Below are positions 1 to 10,900 of a stretch of DNA of 64,000 nt, piece after piece; positions within the stretch are counted from its first letter, which is position 1; each line of letters opens with the position of its first letter. Location: positions 64,001-128,000 of the forward strand of contig OZ219750.1 in NCBI GenBank assembly GCA_964291315.2, in the 5' to 3' direction. Origin of the DNA: Candidatus Poribacteria bacterium (lineage in GTDB: Bacteria; Poribacteria; WGA-4E; WGA-3G). The notes under the pieces are model-generated. The model saw only the letters and a program-made list of their open reading frames with translations, made no database searches and was not told the DNA's origin. Both the position numbers and the translations under genes were made by a program.

Positions 1-3000
1 ATTTCTTTCCTCAGTATTCCCTATGCTACACCTAATCCCTAATTTTGGGTTAGCCATCAGTGAACTCCATGTATCTAAACTATTACCACCGGCTAAGTTT
101 GTAAAGAAACCGATTGTAAGGTATTTGTCCTGATATAGTTCTTCAATTTGGCGTATGATCTCGTATTGCTGATCAACCTTGTCTAACATTGGTCGAAATC
201 TTTCTTTGTCATCGATTTCTGAAGAATCGTCTAGTTTAACTGTTTCCATACCTTCGTCCGTTGGGAACAGATGTTCGTATTTACGCAAACTCTCTTGATA
301 GGCATAAGAGAATTTACTTTTGATACCAAGGATTTCTACAGTCTTTTTCCCTATTCTTACTACGACATTCTTCTGTTTTTTGAGTAATTTTTGAACGAGA
401 GGGTCCTTCATATCGCGTTCATTACGTGTGATATCTGCATCATCACGTTCTTCAATGATATACCAGTCTTGATCGGAGATGTTGATTTGGACAGCTGTGT
501 CTTTTTCTACTTGAGTAGGGTTTAGTATCTCACGGATTTCCTTTTCGACCGAATGGAAAACGGAGATATATTTAAGATGGGCATCAGGTTCATTGTAACG
601 CATTCTACGCACTTCATACATGATTTTGAGTGCTTTTTGCGGTTTACTCTTTTGATGTAATAAGGCTAATTGGAAGGATCCTTCTAAAGGAAGCTCCTTA
701 AGGAACGAAAAATTCTTGGAATCAGGGAGACTTTCCAACACATTATCAACTTCAGCCATTTTATTAGAACGAAAAAGGACCATTCCGAGGCGGATTTGCA
801 TATCATAATCGGTTGGGAATTTGTTTAGATACTCTTTACATACCGTTTCGGCTTGTTTCATATCGCCAATTTCTTCATAAATCACGACTTCCATTACGGA
901 AACGTTTTCAAGTGGTCCATATTTCTCGCGAAGTTTCTGACATATCCTAAGGGCTTTCGCAATTTCGCCGGAATTATAATAACTTTGCACTAACCATTGT
1001 GTCAATTGGGAGTTCTGATTTGTGTCGGCAATTTTTTCGTAGAGCGTTGCGGCTTCTTTAAATTGTTCGTGAATAAAAAGTTCTGCAGCTAATTCCACTA
1101 TTTCTAAGAAATCCTTGCTGTCTAACGTATAATTATATGCTTCTATAAGATGGGAAATAGCTTCGTCATTTTTCTTCTTCTTACTAGAAATTAAGGCAGC
1201 ATTAATAAGATTTAATACGCTTGTTGGAGAAGATTTTAGCATGGGGGTTAGTATTAGTTCGGCCTCTTTAATGCGTTCTGCGGCAATATGAACACGAACG
1301 AGCCAGCATTTTGCCTTGTCCTGTAATTCAGAAGAGGGGTTCGTCTTTAATAATGCATCAAGCTTTGTTATTGCTTCATCATAGCGTTTATCTGCGAAAA
1401 GAATATTGGCAACCAGTATCTGAGCCTCATAGATTTCTGGTTGGGATTGAATCTTTTCCAGAAAATCAATTGCCCTTTTTCGATCGCCTTGCTCAAATGC
1501 CAACAATGATCTATTTCTTAATAGCATAGAGTGGGCAGGTTCAATTTCTATAGCTGTGTCAAGGTCTTTAATTGCTGCTTCCGTCCTACCAAGAAGTTGT
1601 AATGCGGTACTCCTATTAATGATCCAGTCTGCCCGAGCAGTCCGTAACTCAGTGTCAGCGACACAATCCCATGCTGCCGATAGAAGTTCAACCGCTCGGT
1701 CTAATTGTTCCTCTTGCGAAGCGTCAATCTGCTGAGTGCACATATTAACATGATCCGCTAGTACCTGTTCAATCAAGATTGTAGCTAAGGAGGCTTTAAA
1801 AACGGGGGGATCTCCTTTTTCTACCGTGGTTTTCCCCCATTTTTTCGCCTCTTCAAAATTCCTACGTTGTTTTGCTAGGTTGCTGATGGCGGAGGCAATT
1901 TGTGGGCTATCTCGTAGATAGTCAGGCACTTTAGCAATTACTTCTGCAAGTGGTTCTTTCTCGGCAGAAATTCCCACAAGAATAGCGTAGGCATGTGTAT
2001 TTGCAGGATTTTTTTCTAGTGTCTGTTTTGCGTATTTTTCTGCATTTTCGGGATCTCCAAGTAATAGATGTGCCAAAGCCCGATTAGAAAGTGCACTTTC
2101 GTCCTCAGGATTATATTGAAATGCCTTAAGTAGCAATTTTGCTGATTCTTGTTCGTTATTAAGAGCGAGCTGAGCTGCTGCCATATTTGTTAAAATGCTA
2201 AACTTAAGACCCTCCGAAGCTCTTGCTCCGATACGTTTGTTTAGAATTTTTAATAATTCAAAAGCAGTCGTAGGTTTATGACTCTTAATTAATTCTTGTG
2301 CATTGCCTATTTCTGTTTGGTGTTCTTTTGCAACTTCGATTTCTACTAAATTGGAGATATTTACATCGAATTGAGATTTAACTTTGCTGACTAGATCTAA
2401 AGTGGCTTGTGTCTTTTGCTTAATCTCAACAGTATCATCCTTAATTTTTTCGGTGTCGCTTTTGATGGCTTGGATGTCTTGAGTTAAACGTTCATTAACT
2501 TCTAACTGCACTTGTTCAATTTTTTGCCAAAAGTCCTTTAGTCTGGAATTTAGGTTTGCTTGCTCAGTCGTCGTGTCTTGAATAAGCTCAAGTACAACTT
2601 GATTAAATGCTTCTTGTTTAAGCGAAAGTTGTTTATAAAAGTCAATAATTGCTCTTTCAATAATAGGGCGAATTCTTCGTTCAAAATCTGTTTTCGTTAA
2701 TGAATGATTAGGGACGATAAGACAATAGTGAAAGAGCGTTGTGATTTTCGCTATTTTTTCACTTTCATTTAATTGTGTGAATTGAACTTCATCAACATCC
2801 TTAAGTGAAGCAATAATTTTGTCAAGCTCGGCAGTATCTACATCAACCTTTTTTGGATCTGTCAGATCTGCGAAGTCAGATGCGTGTTGGTTCACTGCTT
2901 CAACAAAAGACTTTTTGAAAAGCTTTTCTGCCGTAGTTTTGTGGGAACGTTTGAGAGCAAAATTAATACCATCAACGATAGAAAATCCGGTCCCTATGAT

Positions 3001-3036
3001 ATTGTAAACCGAGAATGCTAAATTGAGTATTTCCAT
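1..3036 (-). CDS. Large TPR-repeat protein with a probable GreA/GreB-C-like domain (TPR-GreAB-C-PIN-like); C-terminus runs off the window start
   Basis: Not in the ORF track because it has no stop inside the window. Manual translation from ATG 3036 (AGGAG ~10 nt upstream) stays open to base 1: MEILNLAFSVYNIIG...; TPR-like units such as AFQYNPEDESALSNRALAHLLLGDPENAEKYAKQTLEKNP; late segment WYIIEE...DMKDPLVQKLLKKQKN...IKSKFSYAYQES. Visibly AT-rich. Confidence 0.8.
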   Translation of the reverse strand, partial: MEILNLAFSVYNIIGTGFSIVDGINFALKRSHKTTAEKLFKKSFVEAVNQHASDFADLTDPKKVDVDTAELDKIIASLKDVDEVQFTQLNESEKIAKITTLFHYCLIVPNHSLTKTDFERRIRPIIERAIIDFYKQLSLKQEAFNQVVLELIQDTTTEQANLNSRLKDFWQKIEQVQLEVNERLTQDIQAIKSDTEKIKDDTVEIKQKTQATLDLVSKVKSQFDVNISNLVEIEVAKEHQTEIGNAQELIKSHKPTTAFELLKILNKRIGARASEGLKFSILTNMAAAQLALNNEQESAKLLLKAFQYNPEDESALSNRALAHLLLGDPENAEKYAKQTLEKNPANTHAYAILVGISAEKEPLAEVIAKVPDYLRDSPQIASAISNLAKQRRNFEEAKKWGKTTVEKGDPPVFKASLATILIEQVLADHVNMCTQQIDASQEEQLDRAVELLSAAWDCVADTELRTARADWIINRSTALQLLGRTEAAIKDLDTAIEIEPAHSMLLRNRSLLAFEQGDRKRAIDFLEKIQSQPEIYEAQILVANILFADKRYDEAITKLDALLKTNPSSELQDKAKCWLVRVHIAAERIKEAELILTPMLKSSPTSVLNLINAALISSKKKKNDEAISHLIEAYNYTLDSKDFLEIVELAAELFIHEQFKEAATLYEKIADTNQNSQLTQWLVQSYYNSGEIAKALRICQKLREKYGPLENVSVMEVVIYEEIGDMKQAETVCKEYLNKFPTDYDMQIRLGMVLFRSNKMAEVDNVLESLPDSKNFSFLKELPLEGSFQLALLHQKSKPQKALKIMYEVRRMRYNEPDAHLKYISVFHSVEKEIREILNPTQVEKDTAVQINISDQDWYIIEERDDADITRNERDMKDPLVQKLLKKQKNVVVRIGKKTVEILGIKSKFSYAYQESLRKYEHLFPTDEGMETVKLDDSSEIDDKERFRPMLDKVDQQYEIIRQIEELYQDKYLTIGFFTNLAGGNSLDTWSSLMANPKLGIRCSIGNTEERN

Positions 3037-3168
3037 CGATCTTCATCTCCTATCAGGGTTCTGTTTGATGTATGTTCACCCAATGATGTGCTTTTGTTAT
3101 TATAGTATATTTACGCGATTAGGTCAAGGCTTAGGAACCCGCACACGGAGGCATTTTATTTCTCTATT

Positions 3169-3193
3169 ACAAATTTTTAGTAGTTTGTGCTAC
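3169..3193 (-). repeat. Degenerate GTAG-type REP-like palindrome
   Basis: Minus strand reads GTAGCACAAAC-TACTAAAA-ATTTGT, matching the GTAGCA head of the other copies. Confidence 0.35.
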
Positions 3194-3212
3194 AAAAGTC
3201 TGCCTCAAGTTA

Positions 3213-4835
3213 CTAGAGTCCGAGTTGTGTTAATATTTCTTCTAAAGTTTTATCTGCCTGTTTACGGGCGTTGCGTGCTTCTGTTAAGTCTGCCAGAATT
3301 TCATTCACGGGTCGGTGTTCTATCTTGTCGCCTACATCTACGGATTGTGAAGGACTCAGGTTGTAATCATTTTTTTTTGCATCTTCTAGTGTGATAATGT
3401 TGCTCAACTTTTCGCGGATTTCCCACGCTTGGTAGACTTCTGTTGCAACGTTGATACCATCATCGGTCAGGATATTTTTCGGGTCGCCTTTCACAAAATG
3501 TTTGGAGAGGTTGATGAGCAGGATCTGGTTTTGGCGTTCCGGGGGTTTGCTGTGTTTCAGGAGCAAGACAATGCCGGGTGCGCTGGTATTATAAAACAGG
3601 TTCTCGGGTAGGAGGATTACGGCTTCGATGAGGTCTTCCTCAACAAATTTTTTACGAAGGTCGCGCTCCCGATGGGTCTGTTGACTCCCGGATCCGCGGG
3701 AAACTGCCCCGGTATCTAAGACAATTGCGGCGTGCCCGTCTTCTTTGAGAGAGGCGTGGATATGTTGCACCCATGCCCAGTCTGCGGATGAAGTTGGGGC
3801 AGCTCCGTACGTGAAACGTTTATAGGGGTCATTTGTGTAAAAAGAATTGTCGTACCCATCTTGATTCCACATAGGATTGGCAACGACATAGTCAAAACGT
3901 TGTAGCGTTGCGTTGTTTGTGAGAAAATGTGGATTACGGAAGGTATCACCGATACGGAATTCTGCGCCGATGAAATCGTGCAGGAAGGCGTTCATCTTTG
4001 CCATGGCGTAGGTTGTTGGTGTGAGCTCTTGCCCATAGATTTGTGGTGCCTGTCCTTTTTTATCGGGGTGATTCTGCTCAAAGAGGAGGCGTGGTTTGAT
4101 GAGCAAGCCTCCTGAGCCGCATGCTGGGTCATAGATAGTAGTGTACGGTTTGGGATTAAGGATGCGGGCCATGAGCCATCCGACCTCTTTAGGTGTATAG
4201 AATTCGCCTGCGCTCTGTCCTTGTCCTTCAGCGAATTTTCGAAGTAGGTATTCATAGGCGCGTCCGAGAATATCAGGTTCTGTGTCTTGCAATCCGAGTC
4301 GGTGTTGACTTATGACCTCAATGAGTTTTTCGAGTCGGTCGTCGTCAAGGATGCGCTGCCCGCTTTGCCGTTCGTTGAAATCCTCTACATCAAGGACACC
4401 TTGGAGTCTTGGGTTGAAATGTGTGGCTTGCCGCATGGCATCTGTAACAAATTCGCCTAAGTGACCATCTGCGGGATGGTTTCGGAGTGCTTCCCAACGG
4501 TATTGCTGCGGAATGTAAAAACGGACGATGGGCGAACGGTTATTCTTTAGCGCGTCCTTGTGATCGGCTTTGATAATGTCGTGTGTGAGTGCTTCGTCTC
4601 CTAATTCTTCAACCTGTTTTGCGAATTCGTCATCGAAAACATCGGAGAGACGTTTATAGAAGATGAGCGGCAGAATGAAGTCCTTGAATTTCGGTGCATC
4701 GGTTGTGCCACGAATGACACAAGCAGCATCCCATAACCAGTTTTCGAGAGTGGATATATCCAAGTGTTCTTTGTTCTTAGGTAGGTGCGGGGATGGGGTT
4801 TGGCTTGTGTCTGGTATAGGGTTCTTTTTTGGCAA
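3213..4835 (-). CDS. hsdM: Type I restriction-modification methyltransferase subunit M
   Basis: N-terminal LENWLWDAACVIRG, GEFYTP, motif I DPACGSGG, motif IV ANPMW, LPENLFYNT. Confidence 0.92.
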   Translation of the reverse strand: MPKKNPIPDTSQTPSPHLPKNKEHLDISTLENWLWDAACVIRGTTDAPKFKDFILPLIFYKRLSDVFDDEFAKQVEELGDEALTHDIIKADHKDALKNNRSPIVRFYIPQQYRWEALRNHPADGHLGEFVTDAMRQATHFNPRLQGVLDVEDFNERQSGQRILDDDRLEKLIEVISQHRLGLQDTEPDILGRAYEYLLRKFAEGQGQSAGEFYTPKEVGWLMARILNPKPYTTIYDPACGSGGLLIKPRLLFEQNHPDKKGQAPQIYGQELTPTTYAMAKMNAFLHDFIGAEFRIGDTFRNPHFLTNNATLQRFDYVVANPMWNQDGYDNSFYTNDPYKRFTYGAAPTSSADWAWVQHIHASLKEDGHAAIVLDTGAVSRGSGSQQTHRERDLRKKFVEEDLIEAVILLPENLFYNTSAPGIVLLLKHSKPPERQNQILLINLSKHFVKGDPKNILTDDGINVATEVYQAWEIREKLSNIITLEDAKKNDYNLSPSQSVDVGDKIEHRPVNEILADLTEARNARKQADKTLEEILTQLGL

Positions 4836-5014
4836 TTGGGGGTTCCTTTATGAAATCGGATTTGTGTTACTTTATCATAAATTGGTTTGTGTTTCAAGTG
4901 TTTTTGGATCTATTTTGGGGGACCCCGCCTTCTATATTCCCCTTTTCAATGAAAGAAGTGAGCTTCGGCTCGCGGCTTGCTCATGAAATATGAGATCTGG
5001 ATCGAGTGATTAAC

Positions 5015-5051
5015 TTGACGTGTATCATACCACATGTTAGGATAGTGGCAA
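5015..5051. promoter_or_regulatory. Overlapping divergent sigma70-type promoters (acyl-CoA ligase / hsdM)
   Basis: Plus strand: TTGACG-17-TAGGAT with extended TG. Minus strand: TTGCCA-16-TATGAT with extended TG. Confidence 0.55.
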
Positions 5052-5073
5052 AGTAGGAAGAGGAGACGGCAAT

Positions 5074-6849
5074 ATGACACTGATATCTATGTTAGAGCAT
5101 TCGATCCATCACTACGGCAGTAAACCGGCGTTGGCGCACAAACCTAAAGGTGGCACTTATCAAGATATTTCTTACGCGAAATTCGGTGAATGGGTGAGTG
5201 CCTTTGGCAGCGGGTTGAAGACTTTAGGGGTGCAAAAGGGTGATCGGGTGGCGCTCTTGTCCGAGAACCGCCCTGAGTGGGCAATTACCGACTTCGGCAG
5301 TCTGAAAGTGGGGGCGGTAACTGTACCAATGTTCTCAACGCTGACTTCGGCACAGGTCGGCTACATTCTAAATGACTCTGGGGCAAAAGTCTTATGTGTT
5401 TCTACGGAATCCCAATTGGACAAGGCGCTTTCAATCCGAGATGAGATGCCGGCTCTTGAACACGTAATTGTTTTTGATCCGATTGAAGGTCAGGCCCCGG
5501 AAAGTGTTATCCAATTTGAGGAAATCTGTAGTCGTGATGAAGGAGCGGTTGCTAGCGAGGAAATCAGGTTAAAAGAAGATGACATCGCAACGATTATCTA
5601 CACGTCTGGTACAACGGGCAATCCGAAGGGCGTTATGCTGACGCATGCGAATTTTATTTCAAACCTACAAGCGTGTAAATCGCTTATTGAGGTGTGTGAC
5701 ACGGATGTGTTGTTATCGTTTCTTCCATTATCGCATGTTTTTGAACGGCTCGGTGGACATTACGTACCCCTGTTTTCTGGTGCACAGGTGGCTTATGCGG
5801 AAAGTACTTTTACAGTCGCACGAAACATGCAGGAAGTTTCTCCAACAGTGATGTTGAGTGTGCCGCGTCTCTATGAGACGATGCACGACAGGGTGCTAAG
5901 TGCTGTGCAGGCAGGTTCACCCCTGAGACAGAAAATTTTCCGTTGGGGTGTCTCTGTCGGCTCAGCGGTGAGTTCAGCGATTCAGCAGGGCAAAAAACCG
6001 TCCGCAATCTTACGCTTGCAACAGGGCATTGCGGATAAGCTTGTCTTTGCGAAGTTGAAGGCAGCGACGGGCGGCAGACTCCGGTTTTTCGTTTCAGGTG
6101 GTGCAGCGTTGCCGCAAGCGATTGCTGAATTTTTCCATGCAGCGGGTATCTTAATTCTGGAGGGTTACGGCTTAACGGAAACCTCACCTGTTATTAGCCT
6201 GAACCACCCGGCGAAATGGAAGTTCGGCACTGTCGGTGTGCCGGTGCCAGGTGTGGAAGTGAAGATCGCTAAAGATGGCGAGATTTTAACACGGGGTCCA
6301 CATGTCATGAAAGGGTATTTCAACAACGAGGCTGCGACAGCAGAGGTCATCGATTCAGATGGATGGTTTCACACGGGAGACATCGGTTTGATTGACAGAG
6401 ATGGCTTCATTAAAATTACCGATAGAAAGAAGAATATTATTGTACTTTCAAACGGGAAGAATGTGGCCCCGCAACCGATAGAGAGTGAGCTGGTGCAAAG
6501 CCGTTTTATCAGTCAGATTATGTTGATAGGCAATGAGCGTAAAAATCTTGCAGCGCTGATTGTTCCGAATTTTGATGCACTCAAGGCGTGGGCATCTGAA
6601 AATGATGTTGAAAGGACAGACCCTTCAGAAATGCTCAAGACGAGGGACATCCAACAGCTTATTCAACGAGAGATTCGGAGTCGCTTGACGAATTTTTCAG
6701 ACTTTGAACAGGTCCGACGGTTTACACTACTTGAAAAGGAATTTTCGCAGGAAGCAGATGAGATGACACCTACCCTGAAGTTGAAGCGGAACGTCATTAT
6801 GAAAAAGTATAGGGACGTGATAGAGGCGATGTATCAGGAGGATGCTTAA
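5074..6849 (+). CDS. Long-chain fatty acid-CoA ligase (AMP-binding family)
   Basis: IIYTSGTTGNPKG, YGLTET, GWFHTGDIG, MTPTLKLKR. Confidence 0.92.
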   Translation: MTLISMLEHSIHHYGSKPALAHKPKGGTYQDISYAKFGEWVSAFGSGLKTLGVQKGDRVALLSENRPEWAITDFGSLKVGAVTVPMFSTLTSAQVGYILNDSGAKVLCVSTESQLDKALSIRDEMPALEHVIVFDPIEGQAPESVIQFEEICSRDEGAVASEEIRLKEDDIATIIYTSGTTGNPKGVMLTHANFISNLQACKSLIEVCDTDVLLSFLPLSHVFERLGGHYVPLFSGAQVAYAESTFTVARNMQEVSPTVMLSVPRLYETMHDRVLSAVQAGSPLRQKIFRWGVSVGSAVSSAIQQGKKPSAILRLQQGIADKLVFAKLKAATGGRLRFFVSGGAALPQAIAEFFHAAGILILEGYGLTETSPVISLNHPAKWKFGTVGVPVPGVEVKIAKDGEILTRGPHVMKGYFNNEAATAEVIDSDGWFHTGDIGLIDRDGFIKITDRKKNIIVLSNGKNVAPQPIESELVQSRFISQIMLIGNERKNLAALIVPNFDALKAWASENDVERTDPSEMLKTRDIQQLIQREIRSRLTNFSDFEQVRRFTLLEKEFSQEADEMTPTLKLKRNVIMKKYRDVIEAMYQEDA

Positions 6850-6931
6850 GCAAGTTTTGATCATGTGTTTTTAACATAGAGAACAGACACGAAGCTTGGA
6901 AGTTGAGTAGCTGGTGCAAGTGCTATCGGAG

Positions 6932-7930
6932 TTACAGACCTCTCTCACGGGGGGCCATCACGATGAGTCCATCTTTGATTGTTTCAATTGTGACCGGTGT
7001 TTCGCACATGGGTTCGCCGTCAGCATAGAGCAGTAGCGGTGTCTCCGATTCAATTGTTAAAGTCGGAGATCTGTGTATAGAGACGGCAGGGTGTGAAACG
7101 TGTCCGCCCCAGAAGAGCGTTACTAAGAGCCGCAACACCGTCAGCGAGGAAACGGGACGGATAATGCAGACATCGAAAAGTCCGTCGTTGATTTGTGCGT
7201 TCGGGACGATCTGAAATCCGCCGCCATATCGGCTTGTGATGCCGGTAGCGGTAAGAAGGATTTCTCCGTTGTGAGTACCGAATTCACCTTCGAGACGCAC
7301 AACCGGGGGTTCGTAGTAAAATAGGGTTTCTACAGCAGCATAAGCATAGGATGTTGCGCCTGCAAACACGGGAGTTCCCTTTGAAGCGCGGCGACTCACT
7401 TCAGCGTCATAACCACAGGTGGCAATTGTGGTGAAATAGCATCCTGTAGGCTCTGCCTGATAGCTGGTAACCGGCGGGTGATTGCGGGTATTCTGATAGC
7501 TGACCGCAGATGGTTGACTGCTATGTTCTTGGGGGCTGATTGCTGCCTGATAGCAGCGTCCGAGATCTACGTGGATAGGGGTGTGGGATAAAAGGGTTTG
7601 GATTGCTGCCTCTGGCTTCAGTGGCACCCCGATAGCAGCTGCGAAGTCATTGCCGCGCCCACATGGTAGGACTCCGAGAATCACGTCTGGCAGGGTCGCT
7701 ATGCCGTTCACCACTTCATGAAGCGTCCCGTCGCCGCCGCAAGCGATTATGAATCTCACGCCATCGCAGGCGGCTTCGTGTGCTAAACGTTTGGCATCGC
7801 CAGAGTCTGAAGTGAATACCAATTGCCCGTGCTGTCCGGATTCAGTGAGCGCGGTGTATGCTTGTTCAGCAATGGTTTTTGATCTGCCTTTACCAGAGAT
7901 TGGGTTTGCGATCAAGATGAAGTCATTCAT
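6932..7930 (-). CDS. Diacylglycerol kinase family lipid kinase (YegS/DgkB-like) with an internal insertion
   Basis: NPISG, GGDGTLHEVVNG, PCGRGNDFA, DGLFD, ADGE. Confidence 0.88.
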   Translation of the reverse strand: MNDFILIANPISGKGRSKTIAEQAYTALTESGQHGQLVFTSDSGDAKRLAHEAACDGVRFIIACGGDGTLHEVVNGIATLPDVILGVLPCGRGNDFAAAIGVPLKPEAAIQTLLSHTPIHVDLGRCYQAAISPQEHSSQPSAVSYQNTRNHPPVTSYQAEPTGCYFTTIATCGYDAEVSRRASKGTPVFAGATSYAYAAVETLFYYEPPVVRLEGEFGTHNGEILLTATGITSRYGGGFQIVPNAQINDGLFDVCIIRPVSSLTVLRLLVTLFWGGHVSHPAVSIHRSPTLTIESETPLLLYADGEPMCETPVTIETIKDGLIVMAPRERGL

Positions 7931-7967
7931 AGGTGTTAATTGTTGTTGGTTTTGAGCGAACGCAAAA

Positions 7968-10900
7968 CTATTTGATCACAGCGATTTTCCCGACCTTTTT
8001 TAGCGTATCAAATTCCAGGACGTAGATATAGATGCCGCTTGAGACATCTGCGGTACTGTTGCTTGTGAGCCACCATTCTTTCCGGTTGTAATCCTGTTCG
8101 GTTACATTCAATGTCTCAAGCAATACCCCGTTGGTATCGAAGAGTTGGATACGGGTACCGATGGGCAGTTTGTCGAAAGTAATTGCGCCTTTGTCAACAG
8201 TGTTCGGGCGCACTGGATTTGGATAGACCCGTGCCTGTTTGAGATCAGAGACTGTGTCTGTAACAGTAAAAGGTATTTCAAGGGGGCGCGTGGCGGCACG
8301 GATAGGGTTATCATCAAGATCGGTTACATTAGAAACGGTAATCTCATACGCGTCTGTTTTAGCGGTCAAGGGTTGCCTGAAGTGTGTCAGGAATTTGCGT
8401 GCGTCAAACGTTAATAAGGCTCGTGTGCCCTCTCGATCGCGGATGGCGGACACCGGGGTTACACCGTCAATCCGCTTTGCGACGCGGAGGACATAACGGT
8501 TTTCGTTGCCGATTCCAAAGTTCATTGGTCGATCAAATGTAAGCATCACCCAGATATTTTCCTGTAGGGGGTCAGCGTGAATGTCAACTTGAGGTTCGGC
8601 TTGTAGGGTCGGTATCTTTTCTCCCGGGGAGAGATAAAGGGCCCGAATTAACTGCGGTGGTTTCCGCGGTGTTGCAGAAACAGGAGCAGTGTGCTGCGTT
8701 TCAGTATCGGCATCGAGCTGTGCAGTGAGCGTGTACCAGTAGGTATTGTCTTTTGTTACACGCCGATCAATGAACCGTGGGGTAGTGAGGTTTTCGGCGA
8801 TTTTCTGAAATTCGCTATAAGGCGGTGCTTTTTCCTTTCTACCTTGTGCGCGATAGACAGTGAAACGGAGGGATGTCTCAAGCTGCTCTGGGCTGTTTGT
8901 GTCGTCTAGCTGAGCGTTCCATGTAACCTGTACTGCCTTTTCTGTTAAAGGTCGGGCTTCAATGTGCCAGGGCTTGATCACATCAAGCGAATCAGGCTGT
9001 GTTGCAAAGATAGATTCACATCGATAAATTCCATTTTCAAGGTTAACATAGAATTCGTTAAAGCCGTTCTGATTGAGTTCAGCTGTTAGAAGTGCTGGGG
9101 TCTGTTCTATCCTTCGGTGCCAGACGGGCAGCAACATTGTGCCGTTCCATCTCATAACATAGAGGTTCGGATATGTTGCAACGATGAGTTCATTATCGCC
9201 GTCTTGATTGAAATCTGCGATTGTGAGGCTATTTCCACTCCGGTGGTGCAGTGCGACAGCGGCAGCGGCATCTCGTGTCTCGTCTGATAGTGCTGCGTAT
9301 CCGTTTGGTGTGTGCGTAAAAACAAAAAACTTCCAGAGAAGTGGGCCGGATGAAGAGCGTGTGTGTAGTGCGAGGCTCCCGCCGATCACGAACTCAGGTT
9401 TGCCATCTCCAGTGAGATCCCCTGAAGCGAATTGCGTGATGTTTTTGAGTGGGAGCTGTGTTTGCCATTCCATGCGGAAGGTGTTGCGGGTAGAGGTAGA
9501 CTCATAAAGGAATATCTCGCCTTCGCTGTCGCCTGTTACTAGTTCTGTGCGTCCATCGGCATCGAAATCGGCAATAGCAAAGGTTTTAGCAAAGACATTA
9601 GCGCCGCGGGTTTCGTTAAGTAGTGCAGCTTTCTCGACGTGGGTATTTGTGGTTGGATCGTATTCAAAAACGAGGAGTCGGTCGTTGTTGTTGTCTGCGC
9701 CGATAATTTCTTTTTGTCCATCACGATCTAAGTCTCCAATCGTAGCGCAGGAGAGAAAAGGTGATTCCCAGATAATCTGATTTGGATATCCGCGTGGTGC
9801 TGTGCTCTCGATGAGAAAGGTCCGCTCATCGTCGGTAGCAAGGACTTCGAGGAGGGCATCACCGTCTGTGTCATCTACGGTCCATGTGATGAACTTTTCC
9901 AAATTAGAGAGGCCATCTAGACTTTCAAAAGCGTGTGCCAATTCATATTTACCGGTGGGGAGTTGTTCGTAGATTGCAAAGATAGCAGCTTGTAATTCTG
10001 TGTGGGGTTCTGTTTCTGAGTTGAGGGGGCTGCCAATGATTTCCAATAGACCGTCAGCATCAAAGTCGGATGTGACACTTGCGATGCGGAGTGGTGGTAT
10101 GTCCAGCGGTATCACAGCGAACCCGTTCGGTGAGATATATCCCCCGGTGACATCAATATTGTAAAAGTCCCCGTTGTTGTCCGCTTTTCCTTTGAGGTTT
10201 GTCGTGTTGACAGCCTCAACGAAAAATTGGTAAGTTCCGGTTTCCAAGCCTAAAGCGAGGAAGTGTTCTACTCCGAGGTCAGTAATCGGAACAGATGCAA
10301 AGGGTGCGCCGGTTCCTTTACGTTTGTAATAGAGGGTATTCTGTGTAACGTCATCCGTTGCCCAAGTGAGTACCGTCAGTCCGCGGTTACCGTAGAGCGT
10401 TTGGGTTGCCGTGAGTGAGCTAATATGTGGCGGAGTGCGGTCTACACTCAGCACAACTTGGTCGTGTGTTTTTTGTCCGTCTGTAGCTGTTGTTGTTAGA
10501 CGGAGGGTGTAGATACCTTCTGGGACGGTTGTAGTATCCCATACGGTCAGGGTCTCACGGATTTTCTGTGTCGTGGAGTCTTGGGTGAAAGGCGTAAATT
10601 TAGTTGGCAGAGTGGATTGCCCGTAACTGAGCTGCCATGAATGGAATTTGTAACCTCCTGCTGTGCCGATGACGGTGATAGAATCTGCACCGCCGCTATT
10701 AGTTTCGGGAGCGAAAATGCGTGCTTGCAATGCGCTGCTGGCGAGGAGCGCGCGGCCGGCGCTGATATTTCCCGCACCGACGAATTTTTCATCCAATTGA
10801 GTGCTATTTGCTCGGTAGATTGGGTGAGCGGTGTTAATGAGTATTTGCCGGACTTCCTCCTGCGTTAGCCCGGGTCGTTTCGCGAGCATTAGTGCTGCAA

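Noticed and set aside
1311-3394. Plus-strand ORFs 1311-1529, 2819-3007 and 3023-3394
   Set aside because: Antisense shadows of the long minus-strand TPR gene and hsdM, with no recognisable motifs.
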